Of a stretch of 64,000 nt of DNA, positions 15,001-38,229 are shown in pieces. Made by a program: the position numbers and the translations under genes. The notes under the pieces are model-generated. The model did not search any database, was not told the origin of the DNA, and saw nothing but the letters and a program-made list of their open reading frames with translations. The number at the start of each line of letters is the position of its first letter. Positions within the stretch are counted from its first letter, which is position 1. Origin of the DNA: Piromyces finnis finn (taxonomy: Eukaryota > Fungi > Neocallimastigomycota); NCBI GenBank assembly GCA_002104945.1, contig MCFH01000003.1, positions 496,001 to 560,000 on the forward strand. Reading direction: 5' to 3'.

Positions 15001-18000
15001 CTTTTACAATTATTAAAGAATATTGATTCCTCTAACAAGATTAAGATTTTAAATCCATTATTAGAATCAACTTTAGTAGAATTAAAGAATTACACTGGTG
15101 AAATCAAGAACCGTGAAATTGACAATAAATTAACTCTTGTTAAATTATTAGTTAACTGCTTCACTATTGAATCATTAGAAAAGTCAAAGTATCTTAAACT
15201 TTACCTCAACCTCTTTAATTATGATATTTCCTCTGAAAACAATGCATTTGAAAGTGACGTTATTCCATTAATTGCTTTAAATATGCTTACTCCAGAATTC
15301 TATGCTTCATTAAGTGCCTTAAAGCAACAAACGCTCTTCTCTCAAATGATTTACTTAATTGTCAATGGCGAACATAATCTTATTCTTAAGACTAAGGAAG
15401 TTATTAAAACCATTACTATTCAAGCTGAACATATTATTACTGAATTAACCTCTGCCAACTCCAGAAATGAAACTGAACCACGTGCTAAGAAGAGCAAGAA
15501 GGAAGATAATCAAAATATGGAACGCTTAAACTACATTACTGCTATTTTAGAATTATTAAATAGTAAAGCTAATATTAAAAACGCTCAACTTTTAATTCCA
15601 GTTCTCTTTAACCTTTTATCTATTCTCAATACTTCTGAAATTTCCTACGCTGCCGGTACTTTAGAATATTTAAAACAATTAGCTCTTGATGCTTTATTAG
15701 AAGGTATTCGTGATGCTAAGGCTAAGAATATAGCTATTAATGAATCATCTATTCGTATTGAAATTATTGTTAATTGTATCAGAGTTACTGATAATCCACA
15801 AACTCACAATTATGCTTTACTTTTAATGGCTGAAATTGCTTCAATCTTCCCAGATCGTGTACTTTTAAATATTATGCCAGTATTTACTTTTATGGGTGCT
15901 AATATATTACATCAAGATGATAACTTCAGTTTCCATGTCATTAAGCAAACTCTTGAAACTATCATTCCACCATTAGTTGAAAAGAATGCTGCTTCTACCA
16001 CCACAAAGGAAGAATTAGATATTAAGATGAAATCTGTCATTGGTGTCTTCATCGATGCTCTTATTCACATTCCAAAACATCGTCGCTTAAGATTATTTGA
16101 AATTTTAGTTTCCACATTAGGTGTTGAAAAATTCCTTGACACCATTATTATATTATTATTGGAAAAGCATGTCATCTTTAGAAATAGTACTAAGACCAAG
16201 TCTGAAAGTAATGAATTAGAAAACATTCCAGAATTCTGTATTGCTTTAGCTAACTGCTTCGATGCTGTTAGTCAAATTAAGACTGTTTTCAATATATTAA
16301 ACTTTACTTTGAATTTATCAAATGAAAAAATTATCATTGAAGAAGATGACATAGAAGCTAAGGAAAAGGCAGAAAATTCATTAATCAATGTTTCCAAGAT
16401 CTCTAGCAAGATGATTCGTCAATTCAAAATGGAATCTACTCACTTTGTTGGTAAACTTTTATCTAGTGAATCCTTCCTTGGTGCCATTGCTGTTATGTCC
16501 AGTGAAAATGAAGATTACGAAAGTGTATTGGAACCAACTATTTTGAGTATTGTTGAAGTTTTAATTAAGTTAATTAATAACCTCAGCTCATACAACAATG
16601 TTAAGGTTACTGCTACTAAGTTCTGGAAGATTTTATTAAAGACTTCTTACAGTGTTTTAGATAAGGTTAACAATCTCTTATCATTACGTTCTATTCTTAA
16701 TGTTATTTTAGATTTATTAAAGAATGAAAATCCATTAATTCGTCGTAAGGCTGCTGTTCTTCTTAACGATAAGATCTTAAATGATAAACAAGAATACAGT
16801 GAAGAAGAAATTGTCTTCTTTATTCCAACCATTGAAGAACTTGGTCATCTCTTATTAACTGAAAATGATAAGAGTGAAGATGGTGCTATTAATAAGCAAA
16901 CTATTCTTTTATGTATTACTACTCTTACTCAAGTCTTCTCCAAGAAGGAACCAAAACTCTTTATGTCTATTCTCAACAATGTTATCAGCCATTGTATTAC
17001 CTCTGAAAATCTTCAAGTTTGTGCTTCAAGTATCGTTTGTATTACCAGTGTTTGCCGTGAATTAGGTCCAAGATTAGTTCCACTCTTACCAAAGTTCATG
17101 CCAATTCTCTTAAAGAAATTAGAAGGTACTTTAGAAATCGAAGAAGAAGAAGGTAACTCTTCTAAGATTATCTTCCAATTAAGTGCTATTTCCTCTCTTG
17201 AAATTATTGTTCAATCCATTCCACAATTCATTAGTTCCTACTTGAAGACTATCCTTTCATGCGTATTACATCCATCTTTAAGAAGCGATGAAAATGAAAT
17301 GATGAAGCAAATTATGGAAAAAGATAACAGTTTAATTGAATCTATTGGTGTTAATATTCCAGCAAGAGTTATTGTTGCCAATTTAATTCCAATGCTTGGC
17401 AAATGTAAAGAATATGGTTCAGTGTCTATTGAAGCTCTCTTCCAAATGGCTGAAATAATGATTGTTAATATTAAGAGAGAAGATCTTTCCTCACTTCAAA
17501 AGGCTATTGTTAAATTCTTCCAAAGCTCCTTTGAAATTCGTGAAACTGTTAAGGATATGCAAGAAGAAGAACTTAATACTGTTGAAGATGTTGTTATTAG
17601 TACATTTATGAAGTTAGTTATGAGAATGAATGAATCTATGTTCAAGCCAGTTTACGTTAAGATTTTAGAATGGTCTACTTCTGAATTCCTTCAAAAGCAA
17701 GGTTTATCTATTGAAGTTTTAGAAGGCAGATGTCTTATTCTTTACAAGATTATTGTTAAGATGTTTGAAAACTTAAAGTCACTCTTTGTTCACTACTTTG
17801 GTAATCTTATGGACTTTACTATTGAAAGATTAGAAATCTTCTCACAAAGTGAAAATGAAGACTTTGAAAGTTCCTGGAAGTATGTTATTTTAACCTTGAG
17901 TAAATTATTCCTTTACGATAATGAAGGTTTCATGAATGTTGAAAAGTTCGACCGTCTCTGCAAACCATTGGTTAGTCAAATGTTAATGAAAACTGATGAT

Positions 18001-18487
18001 ATTGAAGGTTACAGAGAAGCTATGAATACCTACTTAGTTCCATGTCTCGGAGAACTTGCTGTTAATGTTAAGAATGAAGATATGTGGAAGTCTTTGAACA
18101 AGCAAGTTATGATGCAATCTCGTCATGAAAACCCAGAAGTTCGTATTATTTCATTAAAGGTCTTGGAAGAATTCTATAAGAGATTAGGTGAAGAATTCTT
18201 AATTCTCTTACCAGAAACTGTTCCATTCTTGGCTGAATTAATGGAAGGTAAATATTTTAAATTCATTACATATATCTATAATGCATATCTTTCTATATGT
18301 ATTACTTTTAGTACTCTATGATAATTATTATTAGATAGATTAAAATTTATAAATAATGACTAAAATATTCTTATTTTTACTAAATTTATTTATAGATGAT
18401 AACGAAGATGTTGAAAAGTTAACTCAAAAGGTTCTTAACCAAATCCAACAATACTTGGGTGAAGATATAAGCAAATACTTCCAATAG
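12064..18487 (+). CDS. UTP10: U3 snoRNA-associated protein 10 (UTP10/HEATR1), 2 exons (12064-18247, 18396-18487)
   Basis: N-terminal SSIASQL..SYLFD..AADYDLDTIY, LSPHFL..AAGKALEWLIRRY. C-terminal BP28CT region: RLGEEFLILLPETVPFLAELME, then GT-AG intron 18248-18395, then DDNEDVEKLTQKVLNQIQQYLGEDISKYFQ*. Confidence 0.96.
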
Positions 18488-19065
18488 ATTAATTAATTTA
18501 TGAATTACACATTAAAGTATCTGAATAGAATATCAACTAAATAACTAAATATCTAAATAATAATCTCTCAATAATCATATTTTTTTTTATTATTTTATTT
18601 TATAATTATATTTAACGTTACGATTTATCAAAAATAATCATTTTAATATACTTTTTTTTTATAATATTCTTTAAATATTTAACAACTAATAAAGAAACAT
18701 ATATATAATTAAAAAAAAAGAGGAATATAAAAATGTCATAATTTTTAAAGTGTTTTTTTTTTTTTATTTTATTTTTTTTTTATTTCTAAAATTTTTATTA
18801 ATTATTTATGATAATAGATTTTTATATTACATTTAACTTTTTTTTTTTTTTTTTGTTATTATTATTTCTTTTAATTTCTTTGAATTGATAATCGCATTAT
18901 TTTTTTAAGATTACAAGCGTTTTTTTTTTTTTTTTTTATTTTACTAATTGAAATTTTGCAATATATATAAATATAAATATCGTTTATTTGATTTTATTTC
19001 ATATCCATTTTTCTTTTTTCCATTTTTTAAATAAATTTATTTTTATATATATATATTTTTTACTT

Positions 19066-19932
19066 TTAATTCTTTTTCTTATTTAAAATTCCGAAAATGG
19101 AAGTAACGAAATTGTAGAAACCAGAGGTGAAAGATTCACAGTCATGGTCACCGTCTGGAATAGAATACCAAGCATGTGGTTGTTTGTTAGCTTCTAATAT
19201 TTTATGGTATTTTTCTGGTGCGTCACCAGCAATGAAATCATTGGTACCACCACTAATTAAAGTAAGATTTGGAGTAAGTTTTTCATCTTTAACACGGAAT
19301 TCACTTTCTTTAAACAAACCCTTAAGTTCATTGTAAATATCACGACCTGGAGTGACACCAGCAAATGGTGAAAAAGCACCAATATAACCGAATAAATCTG
19401 GTCTAGAGTAACCAATGTAAAGACTATTTCTTCCACCCATTGAAAATCCAGAAATAGCAGTATTGTTTCTACCCTTTGCAACTGGATAGTTTTTTTCGAC
19501 AAATGGCATTACATCATTTACTAAATCATTAATAAAATTATCATAACCATCATAGTGCTTTTGGTCAAAAGCTGGTGTGAAAGCTTTACCGTTAACTGGA
19601 GTATATTGGTCTGGAAGAGCAAGAATCATTTCTTTGGCCTTCTTTTGATTAATTAAATTGAAAAGAATATTATCAGCATTGTAACCATCTTCTAAAAAGA
19701 CTTCTTCATGACTTAAAAGTGGATGTAATAAGTAAAGAATTGGATAAGTTTTGTTTTCTTTGTAATTTTCTGGAAGAATGATACTAATTGGTTTAATACC
19801 ATTAGCTGTTTTGGATTGATATTTATCTCTAATAATATGACCATAAGAAACTCCAGCTTGTCTCATTAATAAATTAGCTGGACATTGCTTAACAATATTT
19901 ATTTTTTTTAAATAATTCTTTGCGATTTCCAT
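19066..19932 (-). CDS. Carbohydrate esterase family 1 (feruloyl/acetyl esterase-like alpha/beta hydrolase), intronless
   Basis: 288-aa ORF with YPILYLLH, nucleophile elbow GFSMGG, GTND acid and GDHD catalytic His. XynZ-type FAE architecture. Confidence 0.88.
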   Translation of the reverse strand: MEIAKNYLKKINIVKQCPANLLMRQAGVSYGHIIRDKYQSKTANGIKPISIILPENYKENKTYPILYLLHPLLSHEEVFLEDGYNADNILFNLINQKKAKEMILALPDQYTPVNGKAFTPAFDQKHYDGYDNFINDLVNDVMPFVEKNYPVAKGRNNTAISGFSMGGRNSLYIGYSRPDLFGYIGAFSPFAGVTPGRDIYNELKGLFKESEFRVKDEKLTPNLTLISGGTNDFIAGDAPEKYHKILEANKQPHAWYSIPDGDHDCESFTSGFYNFVTSIFGILNKKKN

Positions 19933-20150
19933 TATTTTATATATATATATTTTTTTTTATAATAAATTGAATTTCTTATTCCGAAAAAAAAAAAGATAGT
20001 TTATAAAAATTTTTTTTTGGTAGATTAATAAAAAAATTCTAATACATTCTATCATTATATCACGATATTTTTTTTAATATGTAGCAACCATTTTATTTTT
20101 TCGTACAACATTGAAGTTTAACCAGAAAAATAATTTTTATGATAGGTTTA

Positions 20151-20604
<454 letters not shown>

Positions 20605-21625
20605 TAATACTAATACTAATACTACTAATAATATTAATAATAATAATAAAAATAGTTAGAATAATAATAATAAAATATAATTAAAAAATATAAGAAACTG
20701 TTTTTTCTACATATTTATCTTTATCCAAAAAAATGAAATTATTATATTTAACATTTCTTTCCATTCAAATATATACAGGAATAATAGTTGATCGTATTAT
20801 TATATTTTATTATATTTATGGATAAAACCCATATTTAACACCTTTTTTTTTTCTTTTTTATTATTGTTTTTTTTTACTTAACAAAAAATAATAATTAATT
20901 TAAATTTACTTTTTATTCAAAATCAACAATATTATTGGCTAAATTTTAATAAAGGTCTGGTTTAATTTATATAAACCATTGGAATTTTATTTATTATTCT
21001 TTTCTACCTACCAAAAAAATGAAATATTTAATATTGAGAATAAAAATAAAAATATTAAGGAAATATAATTTCTAAATGTTTATATAGATTTTATATATAT
21101 TATTATTGAATAATAGTAAAAAAAAAGTTAGATTAGAAGTAATATCATTTTATAAAATATAAAAAATTATAGAATTATAACTTGAATTAATAATTGCTAC
21201 TGTTTTCTATTTAAAAGATTTCGATGTATTCATTCCGTTTATTCATTTAACTCCTCTTTTTCCTTGCGATGAATTAATAAAATAAAGAATCAAAGTCAAA
21301 TTCCTATAAGAAAAGAAAAGAAAAAAAAAAGATGATTTGACCTATAAATATTATTATTATTATTGTTTTTTTTTTTTATAAACATTTAAATATAAAAATA
21401 ATTAAAAATTTATCTTTATTGGTCTAATTTAAAATGTTATTCTATATTAAAATTTAATTTATTAAATTAAAAAATATAAAATCCATCTATATCCTATTTA
21501 TAATAAAAACCATTATTAAAGTAGATTCATCTCTTTGTTATTATAAAATAGTTCATTTTCCCTTCTTTCAAAAAGATTATATTTTTAAAAAAAGAAAAAA
21601 GAAAAAATATAAATATAATATAAAA

Positions 21626-23455
21626 ATGAAATGTTTAATATTTATATGGTATATATTTTCTTTGACTTTAATCGGTGATGCTAGAAAGAGATCAAAAAAT
21701 GATAATTATTATTTAATTTTTGTAAACAACACAAGCGGAAACTCTTCATTCTCTGGATTTAATAAGCGTCAAGAAAATAGTAATGAAACTGTGTATACTG
21801 TTCTTGATGAAATTCATAATTTAATTGTAAATAATATAGATACCTATTACCATCCAGAAATTCTTGAAACTATGGAAGAATATGACACTAAACTAAAAAA
21901 AAGGGATGATCATGTAACTTATTTGATGGATTATGGTCAATCTAGTTATGTTTATCCCATCTCATCGACAAAAGATAAAACAGTTCTTTTTTCCTATCTT
22001 TCAAGTGATTTAGTTGAGGTTATTGAAACCATTCCAAATGTTTTAAATTGTCGTCCGGATCAAAAAAGAAAACGTCAAAATTATTATGATATTAGGAAAA
22101 TGAAAGAAGAAACTAATTGGAAAGATTTAAAGATTAAAACAAATGCAGATCTTCATCTATCTCTAATTTCTCAAGGAAAATATAATAGTGAATTAGTTAG
22201 TCAATACGATACAAATTATTATTATCCAAAATCTTCTGGTGAAGATATTGATTTATTTATTATTGATGGGACTTTCAATTTTAATCATCCAGAGTTTAAA
22301 AATAGAAATAATCGAATAGCAAAATGTGCTGCTAATGTTGTCAACGGAAAGGTTTTATCTCCAGAATCTGAAGATTATTGTTATGATATATATGTTGATT
22401 TCCATGGTGCAATGGTGTCAGATGCAGCAGCAGGCTTAATCCATGGTGTTGCTAAAAATGCTAATATTTATGGTATTAATCTAGAGGATGATATTTCTTT
22501 TTCTAATGAATTTGCTGCAATGCAATACATTAAGGATAATTTATTTAGAGCAAATAAAGCAATCATTAATATGTCTTTTGGTGGTGAATATTCAATTAAA
22601 CAATTAGATGAAGATCCATCAGTTATTTATGAAAGAGAATTGATAAATGAATTAACTCATCAAGGTGCAATTTTTGTTTCATCAGCAGGTAATGATAATA
22701 TGCTAGTTTATGATGAAGAAAATGATAGTGTTTATTTACCATGTGCCTATGATGATGTTATTTGTGTTGGTGCCATCAAAAATTGTGATATTAATGATGT
22801 TACCGATAATAATTATTTCTATAGAGCAAATTGGTCAAACTATGGTAAAGGAATTGATATATGGGCTCCAGGTTGTACTTTATTAAGTTATCAAGATGAA
22901 GATTTTACTGATGTTAATGAATTAGTAGAGGGTACATCATTTTCATCTCCTATTGTTGCTGGGGTGATAGCAACTATTTTAAGTGAAAATAATGACATTA
23001 TCTTTACTCGTGATAGTATGATGGATTATTTGGATAAAATCGGATCACATAATATAATTAGTGGTATATTAGAGGAAGAACAAGACTATGGACCGCCTAC
23101 TGAAGATGAAGTTTCACTTTTTATTAATAATGGAAAAAGAGTTGTTTATTCTATGGATGAAATATATTATGGATGCGGTCATTCGGCTGGAGATAAAAAA
23201 TGTTCTAAAAATGAATGTTGTTTATCAAATGGAAAGTGTCAATCATCTTTTCTTGAAAATGGATGCAGTTCACAAGAAGGATGCCAAGTCAACTATGGAC
23301 TATGTAAAATTGAATATAGCTTAATTGAAGAAAGATGTGGTAATGGATTTGGACATTGTAAAGAAGGATATTGTTGCTCATTTGACGGATATTGCGGAAC
23401 AAGCAGTGATTTTTGTGGCGTTGGCTGTCAACAAAATTATGGAATATGTAATTAA
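21626..23455 (+). CDS. Secreted subtilisin-like S8 peptidase with two C-terminal hevein/CBM18 chitin-binding modules, intronless
   Basis: Hydrophobic N-terminus, prodomain with KR sites, triad IIDG / FHGAMV / GTSFSSP, oxyanion SAGND. C-terminal module CGNGFGHCKEGYCCSFDGYCGTSSDFCGVGCQQNYGIC. Confidence 0.93.
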   Translation: MKCLIFIWYIFSLTLIGDARKRSKNDNYYLIFVNNTSGNSSFSGFNKRQENSNETVYTVLDEIHNLIVNNIDTYYHPEILETMEEYDTKLKKRDDHVTYLMDYGQSSYVYPISSTKDKTVLFSYLSSDLVEVIETIPNVLNCRPDQKRKRQNYYDIRKMKEETNWKDLKIKTNADLHLSLISQGKYNSELVSQYDTNYYYPKSSGEDIDLFIIDGTFNFNHPEFKNRNNRIAKCAANVVNGKVLSPESEDYCYDIYVDFHGAMVSDAAAGLIHGVAKNANIYGINLEDDISFSNEFAAMQYIKDNLFRANKAIINMSFGGEYSIKQLDEDPSVIYERELINELTHQGAIFVSSAGNDNMLVYDEENDSVYLPCAYDDVICVGAIKNCDINDVTDNNYFYRANWSNYGKGIDIWAPGCTLLSYQDEDFTDVNELVEGTSFSSPIVAGVIATILSENNDIIFTRDSMMDYLDKIGSHNIISGILEEEQDYGPPTEDEVSLFINNGKRVVYSMDEIYYGCGHSAGDKKCSKNECCLSNGKCQSSFLENGCSSQEGCQVNYGLCKIEYSLIEERCGNGFGHCKEGYCCSFDGYCGTSSDFCGVGCQQNYGICN

Positions 23456-24893
23456 TTTTCACACTTTCTGATTCATATGTATAAAATGTATAATAAAGCT
23501 TTAAAAATTATTCCTATCAAATTAGAGTAAATATTTAGGATTTAAGTTATTTTTATATTTATATAGAAATTGAAAAAATCAGTTATTTTGTATTAGAAAA
23601 ATAAATGTAAATAAAACAATTATAAATAAATTAAAAATATTTTTCTTTCATTTCATTTTTCGTTAGAGAATTTCATAAATTTTTATAAAAACTATATTTA
23701 TAAACTATAGTATTTCTTTTTTCTTTATTTTTAAATTCAACACACACTCAAATTTCTTATTAAATAATTTTGGTATTATTATGTTACACGAGTATGATAG
23801 ATACTTTAAAAGGCACACCCACTTTAAAAAAAAAAAAAACGATTATTTCTTGATATTAATACTAGAAATATCATATTTACAATACGTATGGTTTATTAAA
23901 GTACCTATATTATATTTTTTATGTTATCCTTTATTCATTTTACTATATTATTTCTATATATAAATCATTTTTTTATTATGATACTATTTAAAATATTGGT
24001 TAATTTTAATATACAATAATATTTATAATAATTATAATGATACTAACAATAATATCATTCATATATTTATTCATTTTTCTATTTTATTTTTTATATAGGA
24101 ATAACTTGGTAGAAATCTAAAGATGCTATTCATAATTTGCATTTGTTTTTATGGGAAATGGATACAAATCAATTTTTAAGATTTTTACTTTAAAAGTTAA
24201 GTTTTAAATTTTTATAAATGATGATTGGAATGATTTTCCGAAATTGGTTTGTTACACCAAACTTTAAAAAGTTGTATTTAAAAAATAAGAGCTTTTTGAT
24301 AGATTCAGCAGTCCATCAATTAAAATAATATAAATATAATATAAATATATATAAATACTATTTATTATTAATATAATAATAATAATATTCATTTATTTTT
24401 AAATTGAATAATAATGCTTTTTTTTTTATTTTTTTATTATTTTTAATTGAAAAGATAGCAAAAAAAAGAATTTTAATTTTTATTAGTTCATTTTCCTAAT
24501 TTAGAAATTTTAATTTATAATTAAAAAAAAAAAAAATTTTTTTTGAAGAGTTTTAAATCTTTTTTTTTTTTTTAAATTCAAACTTTTAAATAAAAAAAAG
24601 GATTAATTACAAATAACTAACTATATAAATATAATATCAATACATGTACGAAAAATAAAATAAAGCAAACAACATAATTTAAAAATAATAAAATATCGGC
24701 AATATCTATATTACTTTATATAAAACTGATTACAACAAAAAAAAATTTTTTTTTTTTTCAAATAATAAAAGAAATACTTTTTTTTCATCAGTGTTATTTT
24801 AATAATAAACATAAAATAATATATTATTATTGTATTATTAAACCAAAAAGGAAAGATAAAAAAATAAAGGATATAATATTTTCATTAAAAAAC

Positions 24894-26089
<1,196 letters not shown>

Positions 26090-26303
26090 TAACAGCAACA
26101 ACAACAATAATAATAATTATAATAGTAAAAAAAAAAACATTAATATTTTCTATCTATCTGTTTACCTGTTTATATTTATAGAATTTTCAAATCTTTAATT
26201 TATCAATATTTAAAATATTTATGTATTTTATTTTATTTAAAAAAAAAATGTAAACTGAATTAAAAACTATTACCAATAAAAATTTTTTGGATATAATTAA
26301 TAA

Positions 26304-26374
<71 letters not shown>
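26304..26374. repeat. (TAAA)n microsatellite
   Basis: Read directly. Confidence 0.9.
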
Positions 26375-26577
26375 AGAATAATTCTGAATTCTTTAAATGT
26401 TGTTCTAAAAAAAAAAAGAAAAAACTTTTTTATTTAAATTATATATAATGTATATATAAAAATGGTATCTTTATTTAAATTAAATTATGATTTTGTTTGT
26501 TGAAAAGCAAACAACAATAATAAAAACAATATTTTGTACAATATTATATTGTATTTATAAAAAGGAAAAAAAAATTT

Positions 26578-34358
<7,781 letters not shown>

Positions 34359-35554
34359 AATGTCTTTAAATTTCTCCTTTTTTTTTTATATAATAAAGCA
34401 AAAGTATAAAAAATTAATATAATGATATATTGATATGAATATGCACAAACATACACACATATATGTGTATTAAAAAATAAATGATATTTAACATATCTAA
34501 AATATATATATGTATATTTGATAAAATTTTTAAATGAAATGATTTTATAAAATGTATTAATAATTTTATATACATTTAATTGTAAAATTAATTTTTATTA
34601 TTATTAAAATAAAAATATACACTATATATATATATATGTGTGTGTGTAGTATGTATATTTTACAAATAAACAAAATATTACTTTATAATATTTAATTCTT
34701 CTTCAGTATTATTGAATTTTAAATTAAAAAGTATTATTTAAGAAACCTTCTACATCAAATATTGGTCTTATTCATATACTTATTATTATTTTATATATAT
34801 ATAATTTTCCTTTCTTTCCTTTTTTTATTTTTTATTCTTAGAAAAAAAAAAAAAAAAAAAAGAATTAAATACTTGGGTATATATAATATAAATAAAGAAA
34901 AGTAAAAAAGGTCAAAGTTCTACAACAAAAAAAAAAATTTTTTTTATCCTTTTTTAAAGTATTACCAAAACTTTATTTTTTTTTGCATGATTTTTCCCTT
35001 ATAAATTTATGGTGATGGTAATGGGTATAGTTTAAATTTCTTCTTGTATGTATGAATTCCTTTTTATTTTACTTTGTATTAATATATGAAAATTATAAAA
35101 AGCAAAAAACAAAACAAAAAAAAAAAAACAAAAAAAAAAAAAAAAAAGACAATAACAACAACAAAAAAAAAACAAAAAAAAAAAAAAAAAAGACAATAAC
35201 AACAACAAAAAAAAAAACTATATAGTTACTAATTAAAATCCTAATTTAGGTGAAAAGAAAAAAAGTGACTTCATTTTTATTATTGTGTTTATTATTGGGA
35301 ATAGTTAAAATTAATGGTTTTCTACTACATAAAAAAAAATAAAGAGATTAAAAAAATAATAGAAATATATAGGTAGTATAGGTATAAAAAAGATATCCAA
35401 AAATTTTATAATATATATTCTTTCATTAGGATTTTGCATATAATGTATATAATGGTGGTCAATAGTTTTAATATATATTCCAGTTGAACTGGTATATGAA
35501 TTATTAGAAACACTATATTTATCGAGTATTTCTTTTTTCTTGATGAGTATTTTG

Positions 35555-36650
35555 TTATAGTTGTTCTATATATTATTATAATTGTTAATAATAATAATAA
35601 TAATAAATATATTAAAGGTTTATAATAAAGAATTATAAAAAAAATATAGAAATTTAAAACGTTTTTTTTTTTCTTTTTACAATATTTACCAATTAACCAA
35701 TTGAATCCTGTTAGTATACCGTCACCCGTTAATCCATTACATGAACTTTTTTTTTATTAAAAAAAAAAAAAAAATCAATAGTGTAAATAAGTTATATGTT
35801 TGTGATACTTTGAATACCAAAATATTCTATTATTATTTAACGATAGTAATATATAGAGGAAAAAAAAAAAAAAGCTAAAAGTTACCAGATATACCAATTC
35901 TTAGTTTTAACATTATTTAAGCCAAGAGCATTTGAACAATCAGCAACACTCATACCATCTTCAATATCATTTTTATTAGCAAAAAATAAAATTGGAATTT
36001 TTCTTTTCTTTAAATCTTTATATATATATATAAATATTTTTTTTTTTTTTTTCATATTTAAAAGAAAAAAAAAAAGTTTTATGGAATTAATATCCATTTA
36101 GAAAAGAAAATGATAATAAAACATTGATTCCTAATAATATATATAAAAATATATATATATTTTATTAAAACCTTTATGATTTAACATTTGTTCTAATTCA
36201 TCTTTTGCTACGCAAGTTCTAATTTTATCGGATGAATCTACTACATATATCACGGCATCAACATCAGCATAATAATGTTCCCATAAATCACGATAACGTC
36301 CTTGTCCTGACATATCTATAACTGTTAAATTTAATTTAGATTTTGAAAAAGTTTCTATTGAAAAACCTATTGTTGGTACAATCATTGAATTATCCACCTG
36401 ATGTAATATATATATATATATTTATCCAAATTGTATTACTTTGTATTAATAATAGAATATAATTATTTTATACACATATTTATCATCATAAATAGTAAAT
36501 ATTATGTTATATTATTTTTATTTTTACTTTATTTGGATTTAATGTATTAATGATAGTTGTTTTTCCAGAGTTATCCAAACCAACACACAATATATTTACT
36601 TTTTTTTTCATGAAGCCTAAGGCAATTAAAAAATCACTGAATCTACCCAT
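35555..36650 (-). CDS. ARL6: ADP-ribosylation factor-like 6 (ARL6/BBS3), ciliary small GTPase, 5 exons
   Basis: [100 protein letters not shown]. The [16 protein letters not shown] and PILFFANK signatures are ARL6-type. Confidence 0.92.
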
Positions 36651-36904
36651 TTTTCACTTTCCTTTATATACAAATTATGATAGGTAATAATAATATATGT
36701 ATATCAAATTCTTTAAAATTTTTTTTTATTATTTAAATATATAATAAAAAGAAAAAAAAAATGGATGACTTTTTTTTTTTATTTTTATTTTTTTCAAAAG
36801 TGTGTGTGTGTGTGTGTATGAAAAAATTCTATATAATAATAAAATAAATTTTTTTAAAGTTTATTTTTTTTTTTCAAATTATTAAATTAACATCAAAACT
36901 TTAA

Positions 36905-36935
<31 letters not shown>

Positions 36936-37330
36936 TAAATTATAATAATAAAACGATGAAATAAAAAAAAAAAAAAAGAATTTTTATAATCCAGAAATTT
37001 TTAAAATTTTGAAAAATGAACGTTTCTTTTTCTTTTCCTTCTACCTTACTTTATTTCTAATAAATATCAAAATATTATTTAAATTGGTTAAATTTTAAAT
37101 TTTACATCCATCCCATCATAATATTTATATAAAAATTAACTTTTTTTTTTATTTATTTAATTGAATATTGGATATAATAAATATACAAGAGATGTCATAT
37201 AAATAACTAAATAGATATATATAGATATATAGATATGTTAAAATGGCAAACTAGAATTTCCTTTTTTAAAAGAAAATTAAATTGTAACATATTTGATTAT
37301 TTGATAAATAAAAATATTAATAATAATAAA

Positions 37331-37381
<51 letters not shown>

Positions 37382-37472
37382 AAAAAAAATCGAAATTATA
37401 AATTAAAGCTATATATCAGAAATGTATATAAATGATAGAAGGATCATGCTAATACTATAAATTAATATAAGT

Positions 37473-38006
37473 TTAATTATTAGTGTTTCTTTTTTTATTA
37501 GATCCTTCAATATTCATATCATCAGCTTTTCTTTTTTTATTATTTGATTTTGTAATATCATCATCTAAACTTGATTCTGAATCAGAAATGGATTCAGAGG
37601 TAGTACTGGAATTTCCTTCGACATCAGAAATAGAAAATGCTTCAGAATCTGATTCTGTAGCTAATTTTGAATTAGACTTTTTTGGTTTTTTTCCTTTACT
37701 ACTTTTAATAGCAGGTTCTTTACTAGATTCTTTTCCCTTTTCTTTTTCTTCTCCTTCCCCTTCTTCCTCATAATCATCTTCAATATTAATATCTGTATCG
37801 TTATCAGAATCAATTTCTAAATCTTCTTCATTTTCCATTTCTTCATCTTCTTCCATTTCTTCATTATCTTTATCTTTTCCCTTATTTTTTGGTTTTTTAG
37901 TATCATCCTTATTTTCCTTTTTATTTGGTTGAACACGTTTTGACTTTAATTTTTGAATTTTTCTATATTCTTTTGATAATGTAATTATAAAAATAATATT
38001 GTAAGG

Positions 38007-38058
<52 letters not shown>

Positions 38059-38174
38059 TAGAGTAATAATAATGACAATAACAAGAACATATAAATATAT
38101 TGAAAAATATAAAGAAATCAATGAAATTGACGAATTTCAAATTTGATTTCGATTTTGATTTTGATTTCAATTTC

Positions 38175-38229
<55 letters not shown>

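Noticed and set aside
13434-17065. Short ORFs inside UTP10 (13434-13757, 13758-14003, 16647-16832, 16865-17065)
   Set aside because: Antisense or out-of-frame shadows with no motifs.
35105-35220. ~43-bp tandem duplication AAAC-A(n)-GACAATAACAACAAC
   Set aside because: Low-complexity slippage or assembly artefact; no functional signal.
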